From assembly GCA_017541825.1 (NCBI GenBank), contig JAFXYJ010000043.1, positions 17,154 to 81,153 on the forward strand: a stretch of 64,000 bases of DNA, read 5' to 3'. This document shows, in pieces, positions 30,605 through 38,948 of this stretch. This DNA comes from Oscillospiraceae bacterium. GTDB taxonomy: Bacteria; Bacillota; Clostridia; Oscillospirales; Oscillospiraceae. The translations under genes were made by a program, and so were the position numbers. The notes beneath the pieces are model-generated. The model worked only from the letters and a program-made list of their open reading frames with translations. It ran no database searches and was not told the DNA's origin. Numbering within the stretch: position 1 is the stretch's first letter; each line of letters begins with the position of its first letter.

Positions 30605-31582
30605 ATGAAAAAAAGCATCGCACTCCTTCTGGCGCTGCTGCTCCTGGGCGGACTGCTCGGCGGCTGCGGCGGCGGGACCGCGTCGGAAGCGCCCGCAGCC
30701 ACGAACACCCCCGCGCCAACGGAAGCGCCCGCGCCCACGGAAGCCCAGGCGAGCGCGGAAGACCCTGCGCCTGCCGAAGCCCCTGCGGAGGATGCTCCGG
30801 CGGGGGTCGCCTCCGGCGCGGACACGATCGAATATGAGGACGTGGTGGAAGAGGGCATGGTGCCCGTCACCGCCGAACATATCAAAAACGGCGCCTACGA
30901 CGTGGAGATGGTCTCCAGCTCCGCCATGTTCAAGGCCGATCACTGCAGACTGATCGTCGAGGACGGAGAAATGAAGGTCGTGCTCTACATGACCAGCGGC
31001 GCCTATCTCTACATGTACGCCGGTACGGCCAGAGCCGCGGCTGCGGCGCCCGAGGAGGACCGCATCCCGCTCGAGCCCGGCGATGAGGAAGGATACAATC
31101 AGTTCGTGCTGCCCCTCCGCGCGCTGGACGACGGCGAGAGCTTTGCCGCCTTCAGCAAGAAGAAGGAGCTCTGGTACGACCGCACACTGCTCTTCCGGGC
31201 AGACAGCCTGCCGCTGGAGGCCTTCAGGGAGGGATTTCTGACGACGCCGGAGAGTCTCGGCCTCGCCGACGGGGAGTATACCGTGGAGGTCACCCTCTCG
31301 GGCGGCTCGGGCAGAGCCAGCGTCAAATCCCCGGCCCGCATGTTCGTCGCCGGAGGCGCCGTGACAGCGGAGATCATCTGGGGCAGCTCCAACTACGACT
31401 TCCTGCTCGTGGACGGCGTCCGGATCGAGCCGGAGACCCTGGAGGGCGGGTCCACCTTCCGCGTCCCGGTGACGGTGTTCGACCACCCCATCGGCATCCA
31501 GGCGGACACGACGGCCATGAGCACGCCGCATCTGATCAGCTACTCCCTGCGTTTTGACAGCGCCTCCGTACAGGGCGCGTAA
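30605..31582 (+). CDS. Lipoprotein of unknown function, co-transcribed with the triple-CbiK lipoprotein
   Basis: Lipobox MKKSIALLLALLLLGGLLGGC, followed by a P/A/E/T linker. Two beta-rich halves share a G-x-Y-x-V-E-(M/V) ... S-(S/G) ... V-x-(D/G)-G pattern. I could not recognise a family with certainty. Confidence 0.7.
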   Translation: MKKSIALLLALLLLGGLLGGCGGGTASEAPAATNTPAPTEAPAPTEAQASAEDPAPAEAPAEDAPAGVASGADTIEYEDVVEEGMVPVTAEHIKNGAYDVEMVSSSAMFKADHCRLIVEDGEMKVVLYMTSGAYLYMYAGTARAAAAAPEEDRIPLEPGDEEGYNQFVLPLRALDDGESFAAFSKKKELWYDRTLLFRADSLPLEAFREGFLTTPESLGLADGEYTVEVTLSGGSGRASVKSPARMFVAGGAVTAEIIWGSSNYDFLLVDGVRIEPETLEGGSTFRVPVTVFDHPIGIQADTTAMSTPHLISYSLRFDSASVQGA

Positions 31583-31588
31583 CGCTCT

Positions 31589-31635
31589 GCCGCGCGGATA
31601 CAGCACGACTGCATCCGCGCGGCAAATTTAATTTT
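31589..31635 (+). terminator. Intrinsic terminator closing the riboswitch-controlled two-gene unit
   Basis: Perfect 11-bp stem GCCGCGCGGAT / ATCCGCGCGGC with a 13-nt loop, followed by AAATTTAATTTT. Confidence 0.6.
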
Positions 31636-31716
31636 GCGCCCTCGGAAATTTATGTTGCGTTCTCCGTATAGAATTTGTTATAATCACAGCATCACATATA
31701 AAAGGAACGGTCAGCT

Positions 31717-33750
31717 ATGCTTGGTATCGGAATTGACACTGGCGGCACCTGCACGGATGCGGTGCTCTATGACTCCGCAACGGGAAAGATCCTGGCCTCC
31801 GGCAAGGCGAACACGACCAAATCCAATCTGGAGATCGGCATTGCCAACGCCATGGACAACCTGCCCCGGGAACTGATCGAAAAGGCAGAGACCATTTCAC
31901 TGTCCACGACGCTGGCCACCAACGCCAGCCTTGAAAACAAGGGCGCGCGGGCGAAGCTCCTGCTCCTGGGCTTCCAGGAGGATCTGATGGAGCATCTGAA
32001 AAAGGCCTTTGAATCCTACGGCATGCACGACATGACCCGGTTCATCACCATGGAGGCCAAGGCGGAGGGCGTGTTTTCCCAGCCGATGGATCCCGACTGG
32101 GAGATGCTCCGCGCGAAAGCGCCGGAATGGTTCGCCGACAGCGACTCCATCGGCGTCGTCCAGCTCTACCCCAAGGCCAACGGCGGCCGCTTTGAGCTCA
32201 CCGCGCTCAAGCTCCTGCAGGAGGAGCTGGACATCCCGATCACGATCTCCTACGATATCTCCAACGAGATCGACATCATGAAGACCTGCGCGGGCACGCT
32301 GCTCAATGCCATGCTCATCCCGCTGGTGGCGGAGTTCATGAACGCCATCCGCCATGTGTGCGCCCGGCGCGGGCTGAACATCCCCATCACGATCATCCTG
32401 AGCAACGGCACCATGTCCCCGGCGGACGAGGCGCAGCAGCATCCGGTGGACACGATCCTCTGCGGGCCGGCGGCCAGCGTGGTCGGCGGCAGCGTTCTGG
32501 CCGGCGAGGAAAGCGGCATCATCGTGGATATGGGCGGCACCACCACCGACATCGCGATCGTCCGCCGCGGCATTCCCGCTCCGGCCGTGGGCGGCATCAA
32601 GATCGGCCGCTGGCGCACGATGGTGGAAGGCATCTATGTGGATACCATCGGACTGGGCGGCGACAGCGGCATCCTCTGCTACGATCATGTGCTCTCTCTG
32701 GACGCCGTGCGGGCCATCCCGCTCTCGCTCCTCGCCGCGGAGTATCCCGGCGTGCTGCCGAAGCTGGAGGATCTCCGCATGCGGAAGGACCATGCCTCCC
32801 GCTATGACTATGAGTTCTATGTCCTCATCAAGGACATCGCCGGCAAGACGGGCTACAGCAAAGAGGAACAGGCTCTGTGCGAGGCGATCAGGGCCGAGCC
32901 CCTGACCCTCACCGAGCTGGCCGAACGGCTCGACTGTGAGAGACGGCGGCTGCCGACGGCGCGTCTGGAATCCGACGGCGTGGTCATCCGCAGCGGACTG
33001 ACGCCCACGGATATGATGATCCTCAACGGAGATTTCGACCTCTACGACGGCAGGGCCGCCAGGATCGCCGCCGCGTATCTTGCCGACAGCGCCGAATGCG
33101 AGTTTGAACAGCTGCCCGGCAAGATCTACGAGCTGGTGGAGCGCAAGATGTACCACGCCCTCGGCCGGGTGATCCTGGGCCAGCGCTTCCCGAAAACGAA
33201 GGAGTTTGAAGACCCGGCCTATCTCACGCCCATTTTGGACGCGGCCTACAGCCAGGCGGTGCAGCGCGTGGACCATCCGGATCTTTATGCCGACGCGGAG
33301 GGAGTGCTGGAGCTCACCAGCCGTCTGCCGCTGATCGGCGTCGGAGCGCCGATCCACATCTTCCTGCCCCGGGTGGCCGCCCTCCTGGGCACGCGGGCCG
33401 TGGTGCCCGAGTACGCGGGCGTGGCCAACGCCCTCGGCGCCGTCGCCTCCAAGAAGCTTGCGCGGGAGCAGCTGAGCGTCATGGCCGTATACGAGCATAC
33501 GGTGCTCGTCGGCTATACCGTGGCCTATGAAGGCTCCCGGCGGTTCTTCAAAAAGAGAGAGGACGCGGTGGATTATGCCAGGGAGAACATCCTGCGGACG
33601 ATCCGCGTGAAAGCCGCCGAATACGGCATCACCGGCGAGCCGAACATCGAGCTCCTGATCGAGGACGACCGGGTCGGCGCGGGCAATACGGGGCTGATCT
33701 ACGCCATCAAGCTGACAGCCACGGCGACCCAGAGCGAAGAAGCGCGCTGA
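31717..33750 (+). CDS. Hydantoinase/oxoprolinase-family (ASKHA-fold) protein
   Basis: The N-terminus MLGIGIDTGGTCTDAVLYD is typical of the hydantoinase A N-terminus. A second phosphate motif, IIVDMGGTTTDIA, is present. Length 677 aa. Confidence 0.75.
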   Translation: MLGIGIDTGGTCTDAVLYDSATGKILASGKANTTKSNLEIGIANAMDNLPRELIEKAETISLSTTLATNASLENKGARAKLLLLGFQEDLMEHLKKAFESYGMHDMTRFITMEAKAEGVFSQPMDPDWEMLRAKAPEWFADSDSIGVVQLYPKANGGRFELTALKLLQEELDIPITISYDISNEIDIMKTCAGTLLNAMLIPLVAEFMNAIRHVCARRGLNIPITIILSNGTMSPADEAQQHPVDTILCGPAASVVGGSVLAGEESGIIVDMGGTTTDIAIVRRGIPAPAVGGIKIGRWRTMVEGIYVDTIGLGGDSGILCYDHVLSLDAVRAIPLSLLAAEYPGVLPKLEDLRMRKDHASRYDYEFYVLIKDIAGKTGYSKEEQALCEAIRAEPLTLTELAERLDCERRRLPTARLESDGVVIRSGLTPTDMMILNGDFDLYDGRAARIAAAYLADSAECEFEQLPGKIYELVERKMYHALGRVILGQRFPKTKEFEDPAYLTPILDAAYSQAVQRVDHPDLYADAEGVLELTSRLPLIGVGAPIHIFLPRVAALLGTRAVVPEYAGVANALGAVASKKLAREQLSVMAVYEHTVLVGYTVAYEGSRRFFKKREDAVDYARENILRTIRVKAAEYGITGEPNIELLIEDDRVGAGNTGLIYAIKLTATATQSEEAR

Positions 33751-33769
33751 GGCTCCGTACATAGGAAAA

Positions 33770-33815
33770 AACCGCCGTTCCCCATTCGCGGGGAACGGCG
33801 GTTCTTGCTGTTTTC
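33770..33815. terminator. Bidirectional intrinsic terminator between convergent genes
   Basis: 14-bp stem AACCGCCGTTCCCC / GGGGAACGGCGGTT. An A-run lies upstream and CTTGCTGTTTT downstream. Confidence 0.7.
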
Positions 33816-33836
33816 GGGAGGTGCGCGCCTTTCGGT

Positions 33837-34754
33837 TTACAGGATTTGATTCGGCGGCAGGCTTATGCGTCCGAGCATGTTTTCAAACTGCGAGCTGTCC
33901 GCGGCGGGGCGGAGCTGCGTGTAGTAAAAGCTGCCCCCGGTGCCGTTGCGGTGCGAGAAATTGAGATACCAGTTCCCGCTCCAGTCGTACATGATATCCT
34001 CCACCTCCAGCACCTTTCCCCTGGTCCCGGTACCGATCTGCGTGACGAAGCGGCCTTCAAAGTCGAAGACCTGGATCACATTCGTCACGTTGAAATCCCA
34101 GAGAGAGCGGTAAATATACGTCCCGTCGGTCTCGATGCCCTGGATCGTCAGCGTGACGTCCCGGTCTGCGTTCACTGTGCGCAGATACTGGAAATCCGCG
34201 TCCAGAAAGGCGAACCGGCGTCCGGCATTGCCCGACACCGAGACGATGTACTCGTCGCGGGACCGGTCATAAGCGATGCCGTTGATCCTGAGTACCTTTC
34301 CGTCGTTCGTGAGCCGGATCAGCTCGATGAATTCCAGCGTGATCGGATCAAAGACCGCGACATCGCCCCGGGTCGCGTTGTCATTGGGGTCAAAGGCCAC
34401 CACATAGAGGCGGTTCGTATTGGGATTGTAGGTCATGTCGTTGACGTGATTGCAGACCCAGTCGTCCTCGGAATACTCCCGGGTCTCCAGCTCCCAGGTG
34501 GTCAGATCCAGCCGCGTGATGATGCGCCGGTTGTTCCAGCCCGCCCAGATATAGCGGCCGTCGGTGCAGGCGCCCTGCATCTGATGGGTCAGGTCGACGA
34601 CCTCCACGTCGATCGACAGCAGCTTCCACATGGACAGCGTCTCAGCAAAGCCTCCGCTGTCCTCCGCGCTGTCGGCGGCCGCGGCGGGGGCGGCGGGAAA
34701 CGCCAGCGCGAGGACCATAAGGAGCGCGATCCCTGTTTTGAACCCTTTTTTCAT
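33837..34754 (-). CDS. Secreted hypothetical protein (beta-rich, possibly propeller-like)
   Basis: Signal peptide MKKGFKTGIALLMVLALAFPAAPAAAA. No family recognised. Its ATG shares one nt with the upstream methyltransferase stop (TGATG). Confidence 0.6.
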   Translation of the reverse strand: MKKGFKTGIALLMVLALAFPAAPAAAADSAEDSGGFAETLSMWKLLSIDVEVVDLTHQMQGACTDGRYIWAGWNNRRIITRLDLTTWELETREYSEDDWVCNHVNDMTYNPNTNRLYVVAFDPNDNATRGDVAVFDPITLEFIELIRLTNDGKVLRINGIAYDRSRDEYIVSVSGNAGRRFAFLDADFQYLRTVNADRDVTLTIQGIETDGTYIYRSLWDFNVTNVIQVFDFEGRFVTQIGTGTRGKVLEVEDIMYDWSGNWYLNFSHRNGTGGSFYYTQLRPAADSSQFENMLGRISLPPNQIL

Positions 34755-35473
34755 CACTTTCCCGTTTCCGTGCCTTTCCGGGCGGCGACGAACCAGGTCG
34801 CCGCGTCCGCGCCCTCGTCGGGCAGCAGCCGGTGGCCGCACTGCATGAGCGTCAGCCCGGCCTTTTCCAGCAGCGCCGTGACGGCGCCGATATCATGGAC
34901 CTTTTCCAGGATATCCTCTTCAAATTTCAATACGTCCTGCTCAAAGACGTCGATATGCAGCCGCACCGCACCGTCCTCGCGGGACGTGCGGAACCGGGCG
35001 CTGACCGTGTCGCTGTAACGCAGCACGAAGGGCTCGTCGTCCGGGATTTCCCCCTCGCTGAGCAGATCGAAGACGAAGACGCCGCCGGGCGTCAGATATC
35101 CGGCCGCGTTTTCAAAGACCCGCGCCACGTCCCCGAGCCCGAAGAGATGGTTCAGCGCGTCGCCGGTACAGGTGACCAGATCCACGGGCCGCTCCGGGCG
35201 CCAGGTCACCATGTCGCCCACATCGAAGCGCAGCCCCGGCGCGTTTTCCCGGGCGACGGCGACCATCGCCTCTGACAGATCCACGCCGGAGGCCGAGATG
35301 CCCGCCGCGGAGAGCACCCGGCAGAGCACGCCGGTGCCGCAGCCCAGGTCCAGCGCGGTCCGCACCGGGATGCCGTTCCGATCGAGCCACCGCAGCAGCC
35401 GCTCGCCGAACACCTCCGGGTAGACGTTCCAGCCGAACTCGTTGTAGACCCGGCAGAATCCGCTTCCGTACAT
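34754..35473 (-). CDS. Class I SAM-dependent methyltransferase
   Basis: Motif I LDLGCGTGV, and post-I GVDLSEAMV. Starts MYGSGFCRVYNEF, 2 nt after the lysA stop. Confidence 0.8.
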   Translation of the reverse strand: MYGSGFCRVYNEFGWNVYPEVFGERLLRWLDRNGIPVRTALDLGCGTGVLCRVLSAAGISASGVDLSEAMVAVARENAPGLRFDVGDMVTWRPERPVDLVTCTGDALNHLFGLGDVARVFENAAGYLTPGGVFVFDLLSEGEIPDDEPFVLRYSDTVSARFRTSREDGAVRLHIDVFEQDVLKFEEDILEKVHDIGAVTALLEKAGLTLMQCGHRLLPDEGADAATWFVAARKGTETGK

Positions 35474-35475
35474 TC

Positions 35476-36768
35476 CTACAGGTCCAGCGCGCAGAGGTCT
35501 TCCGCCGTTTCGCGCCGGACGACGACGCGCGCGCCGTCCGGGGAGAGCATGACCACCGGCGGGCGACCCAGCCGGTTGTAGTTGGAGGCCATGGAATAGT
35601 TGTAGGCGCCGGTGGTGCACACGCACACCAGATCGCCGCGGCGCACATCTGCGGGGAGCTCCACGGCGGGCTGCAGGACATCGCCGCTCTCGCAGCAGCG
35701 GCCCACAAGATCGAAGGTGTCGGTCCCGCCCTCCCGCTGGCCGTGGAGCACGGTGTAGCGCGCGTCGTAGAGGATGTAGCGCGGATTGTCGGCCATGCCG
35801 CCATCCACGATCACGTAGTTCTTGAAGCCGGGGATGTGCTTGACCGTGCTGACGGTGTATACCGTCATCCCGGCGTCGGCGACGATGCTCCGCCCCGGCT
35901 CCATCAGCACCCGGGGCATGGGAAGGCCGGTCTCCTTTATGCGTGCGCGCAGGTGAGCCGCCACGCCCGCGATCCGCGCGGGGATATCCGCCGCGGGGTC
36001 GCTGTCGACATAGCGTACGCCGTAGCCGCCGCCCAGATCCAGCTCCCGGGCGGTAAAGCCGTATTTCGCATGCAGAAAAGCCATGAACTCCACCATCACG
36101 TCCGAGGAGCGCTCGAACACGTCCTCGTCGAAGACCTCGGAGCCCACGTGACAGTGCAGGCCGGCCACGTCGATGCCGTCGGCGGACAGCGCGGCGCGCA
36201 CGAGGGCCTCGGCCTGCCCGGTCTGGATGGGCACGCCGAATTTGACGTCCACGGTGCCGGTATTCACGGCCTCGTAGGTGTGGGGATCGATGCCCGGGGT
36301 GATGCGCAGCAGCACCTTCTGACGCATGCCCCGCGCCTGCGTCTGCGCGGAGAGCGCGGCCAGATCGGTCTCGTTGTCCACCACAAAGCAGCCCACGCCG
36401 TGATCCAGGGCGTAACGGATGTCCTCGTCGGTCTTGGCGTCGCCGTGGTAATAGATCCGTTCGGCGGGGTATCCGACGGACAGCGCCGTATACAGCTCGC
36501 CCACGGACACAGCGTCCACGCCGATGCCCTCCTGTGCCATGATGCGGTAGATCTCCTTGAAGGCGGCGGCCTTCCCGGCGTAAAGGACGCCGGTGTCATC
36601 ACCGAAGCCCGCCAGAAAGGCGTTTTTATACATCCGGCAGTTGGCGCGGATGCGCTCCTCGTCCATCAGGTAGAGCGGCGTGCCGTATCGTTCCGCCAGC
36701 GCGTCGACGCTGTGCCCGGCAAAGCGGACGACGCCGCGTTCATCTCTTGCAATATTCGAGGACAGCAT
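35476..36768 (-). CDS. lysA: Diaminopimelate decarboxylase
   Basis: YGTPLYLMDEERIR near the N-terminus. PLP-fold motifs YAGKA, HCHVGS, DLGGGYGV and CESGD. Length 430 aa. Confidence 0.92.
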   Translation of the reverse strand: MLSSNIARDERGVVRFAGHSVDALAERYGTPLYLMDEERIRANCRMYKNAFLAGFGDDTGVLYAGKAAAFKEIYRIMAQEGIGVDAVSVGELYTALSVGYPAERIYYHGDAKTDEDIRYALDHGVGCFVVDNETDLAALSAQTQARGMRQKVLLRITPGIDPHTYEAVNTGTVDVKFGVPIQTGQAEALVRAALSADGIDVAGLHCHVGSEVFDEDVFERSSDVMVEFMAFLHAKYGFTARELDLGGGYGVRYVDSDPAADIPARIAGVAAHLRARIKETGLPMPRVLMEPGRSIVADAGMTVYTVSTVKHIPGFKNYVIVDGGMADNPRYILYDARYTVLHGQREGGTDTFDLVGRCCESGDVLQPAVELPADVRRGDLVCVCTTGAYNYSMASNYNRLGRPPVVMLSPDGARVVVRRETAEDLCALDL

Positions 36769-36804
36769 AAAACGGTGCTCCTTATTCGCTTAAAATGGAA
36801 GTTT

Positions 36805-36834
36805 ATTCTATCATCCGCATGCGTCGGATGTCAA
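36805..36834 (-). promoter_or_regulatory. Sigma-70-like promoter of the lysA operon
   Basis: Read on the minus strand: TTGACA (36834-36829), an 18-nt spacer, then TAGAAT (36810-36805). An AAGGAG RBS precedes the ATG. Confidence 0.55.
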
Positions 36835-36903
36835 CAGCCGCGCGGGGCATAACACGCCGGCTTCCCGTGCCCGCGGGGTGGATACATGTGTTTCACAGCG
36901 CAT

Positions 36904-36946
36904 AAAGGCAACACAGTGTTTCCATTGGAAACACTGTGTTGCCTTT
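36904..36946. promoter_or_regulatory. Perfect 20-bp-arm palindrome about 95 bp upstream of a sigma-54 promoter: candidate enhancer (UAS). Alternatively an orphan terminator-like hairpin
   Basis: AAAGGCAACACAGTGTTTCC-att-GGAAACACTGTGTTGCCTTT. A related motif set occurs upstream of the second sigma-54 promoter (40778-40846). Confidence 0.5.
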
Positions 36947-37019
36947 TTCACCGCGGCGGACCCTCCCGCAAAAGCGGCTGTCTGCGGTGTTTTTCTCTTT
37001 TTTTCGCCGACGGGAAAGC

Positions 37020-37035
37020 TGGCACAGGACTTGCA
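37020..37035 (+). promoter_or_regulatory. Sigma-54 (-24/-12) promoter upstream of etfB
   Basis: TGGCAC-aggac-TTGCA matches the TGGCAC-N5-TTGCW consensus exactly. It lies 67 nt before the etfB ATG. Confidence 0.75.
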
Positions 37036-37101
37036 TTCAGGCTGGGTAAGGGAGAAGATTCCCGTCCACTTCACACAGATGAAACATGGGAGGAAGCAGG
37101 T

Positions 37102-37908
37102 ATGAACATTTTGGTATGCGTCAAGCAGGTCCCGGACACGACTCAGGTGAAGATCGACCCTGTCACCAACACGCTGATCCGCGAAGGGGTACCTGCCATC
37201 GTCAACACCTTTGATGCCTTTGCCCTGGAGGCCGCGGCACGCATCAAGGACAAGGATCCGTCCACCCGGATCGTAGTGGTCTCCATGGGCCCCGAAAACG
37301 CGAAAAACGCTCTCAAGGAGTGCCTGGCCATCGCGGCGGACAAGGCCTATCTGCTGTCCGCGCGGGCCTTCGGCGGCTCCGACACCCTGGCCACCAGCTA
37401 CATCCTCTCCAACGCGGTGAAGAAGGTCGAGGAGTTCGAGGGACACTTCGACATGATCTTCTGCGGCAAGCAGGCCATCGACGGCGACACCGCCCAGGTC
37501 GGACCGGAGCTGGCGGAGCACCTGGGATATCCCCAGGTCACCTGCTGCCTGGAGGTGCTGGATTTCGATGACAAGCACCTTGAGGTCCTCAAGGAAGGCC
37601 AGGACGCCAATTCCGTCATCAGTGTCCGGTTCCCCTGCGTGACTACCTGGACCAAGCCCTCCTTCGACCCCCGGTTCCCCACCATCAAGCGCAAGCTGGC
37701 GGCCAACCGTGCGGAGATCCGCGTGTTCACCGACGAGGACTTCCCGGATATCGACCGGACTGCCATCGGCCTGAAGGGCTCCGCGACGCGGGTGAAGAAA
37801 TCCTTTGTCCCGGTGCGGAAAAAAGACGGCATGATCATTGCCGAGGACACGGTGGAGGCATCCGCCGCAAAGCTGGTCGCTCTTTTGAACGACGCGCATG
37901 TGATTTGA
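37102..37908 (+). CDS. etfB: Electron transfer flavoprotein beta subunit
   Basis: MNILVCVKQVPDT... and GKQAIDGDTAQVGPELAEHLG. Length 268 aa. The track start at 36886 is an extension. Confidence 0.92.
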   Translation: MNILVCVKQVPDTTQVKIDPVTNTLIREGVPAIVNTFDAFALEAAARIKDKDPSTRIVVVSMGPENAKNALKECLAIAADKAYLLSARAFGGSDTLATSYILSNAVKKVEEFEGHFDMIFCGKQAIDGDTAQVGPELAEHLGYPQVTCCLEVLDFDDKHLEVLKEGQDANSVISVRFPCVTTWTKPSFDPRFPTIKRKLAANRAEIRVFTDEDFPDIDRTAIGLKGSATRVKKSFVPVRKKDGMIIAEDTVEASAAKLVALLNDAHVI

Positions 37909-37923
37909 CAGGAGGGAAGAAAC

Positions 37924-38934
37924 ATGATCGCCAAGACCAAGGACCTTTGGGTATTTGTTGAAACGAGAGAAAACGGCACGGCGAAGAACGTCGGCCTTGA
38001 GCTGCTCAACCCCGGCCGCAGGCTGGCGGAAAAGCAGGGGGGCGCCCTGGTGGCGGTGGTGATCGGCCACAACACCGACGCCGCCGTGGAGGCCTGCGCC
38101 CGGCACGACGCCGATAAGATCCTCGTGGTGGACGGTCCCGAGTATGAGAGCTACACTACGGACGCCTACGCCAACGCCATGTATCATCTGGTGACCAAAT
38201 ACGGGCCCACCACCCTCGTGATCGGGGCCACGCCCAACGGACGCGACTTCGGTCCCCGGGTGTCCTGCCGGCTCAGGACCGGCCTGACGGCCGACTGCAC
38301 CGCCCTGGACGTGGATGAGGAGAGCGGCAACATCGCCTGGACCCGCCCGGCCTTCGGAGGCAACCTGATGGCCACGATCCTGTGCGCCGAGGCCCGTCCC
38401 CAGATCGGCACCGTCCGTCCCGGCGTGTTCAAGAAGGCGCCGGAGACCGAGCCTCACGCCGAGATCATCCGCGAGGACTACCATGTCCCAGAGGAGGATA
38501 TCCGCACCAGGCTGCTTCGGGAGATCCACGACGCCGCCGAGGAGATCGTCGATCTCGAGGGCGCGGACATCATCGTTTCCGGCGGCCGCGGCGTCGGCGG
38601 CCCGGAGGGCTTCGCCACCCATATCAAGCCTCTGGCCGACGCGCTGGGCGCCACTGTCGGCGCGTCCCGCGCAGCCGTGGACTCCGGCTGGATCAGCCAT
38701 GCCCACCAGGTCGGCCAGACCGGCAAGACCGTGGCCCCGAAGCTGTATATCGCCTGCGGCATCTCCGGCGCGATCCAGCACCAGGCCGGCATGAGCGGCT
38801 CGGACTGCATCGTCGCCATCAACAAAGACCCCGACGCGCCTATTTTTGAGATCGCGCACTACGGCATCGTCGGCAACCTGTTCGAGGTGCTGCCGCTGCT
38901 GACCGCCGAGGTGCTCAAGCTCAAGGCCGAATAA
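37924..38934 (+). CDS. etfA: Electron transfer flavoprotein alpha subunit
   Basis: 336 aa. The C-terminal FAD-binding region reads IVSGGRGVG...GASRAAVDSGW...QVGQTGKTVAPKLYIACGISGAIQH. Confidence 0.92.
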   Translation: MIAKTKDLWVFVETRENGTAKNVGLELLNPGRRLAEKQGGALVAVVIGHNTDAAVEACARHDADKILVVDGPEYESYTTDAYANAMYHLVTKYGPTTLVIGATPNGRDFGPRVSCRLRTGLTADCTALDVDEESGNIAWTRPAFGGNLMATILCAEARPQIGTVRPGVFKKAPETEPHAEIIREDYHVPEEDIRTRLLREIHDAAEEIVDLEGADIIVSGGRGVGGPEGFATHIKPLADALGATVGASRAAVDSGWISHAHQVGQTGKTVAPKLYIACGISGAIQHQAGMSGSDCIVAINKDPDAPIFEIAHYGIVGNLFEVLPLLTAEVLKLKAE

Positions 38935-38948
38935 CATCTCCTTTGCAC

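Noticed and set aside
27769-30885. 1038-aa ORF on the minus strand, antisense to the triple-CbiK gene.
   Set aside because: It is an antisense shadow ORF, typical of high-GC DNA. Its translation is low-complexity Gly/Ala/Val/Asp/Arg-rich with no motifs. The plus strand encodes a clearly conserved, repeated chelatase domain with a lipobox and an RBS.
31717-33750. The hydantoinase-family gene considered as a third member of the B12-riboswitch unit, for example a corrinoid-enzyme reactivase.
   Set aside because: An 11-bp-stem terminator (31589-31635) and a 134-bp gap separate it from the lipoprotein genes. It lacks Fe-S or B12-binding motifs that I could recognise. The association is unsupported.
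36769-36900. An expected lysine (L-box) riboswitch upstream of lysA.
   Set aside because: The leader between the predicted -10 (36805-36810) and the ATG (36768) is only about 35 nt. It contains just an RBS, and there is no room for an L-box of about 180 nt.
36904-36948. The 20-bp-stem hairpin with a T-run, read as an intrinsic terminator or the 3' end of an sRNA.
   Set aside because: I have not fully rejected this reading. However, no plus-strand gene or promoter lies upstream of it, because lysA is divergent. Its arms also recur as motifs upstream of the second sigma-54 promoter. An enhancer or operator role therefore seems more likely.
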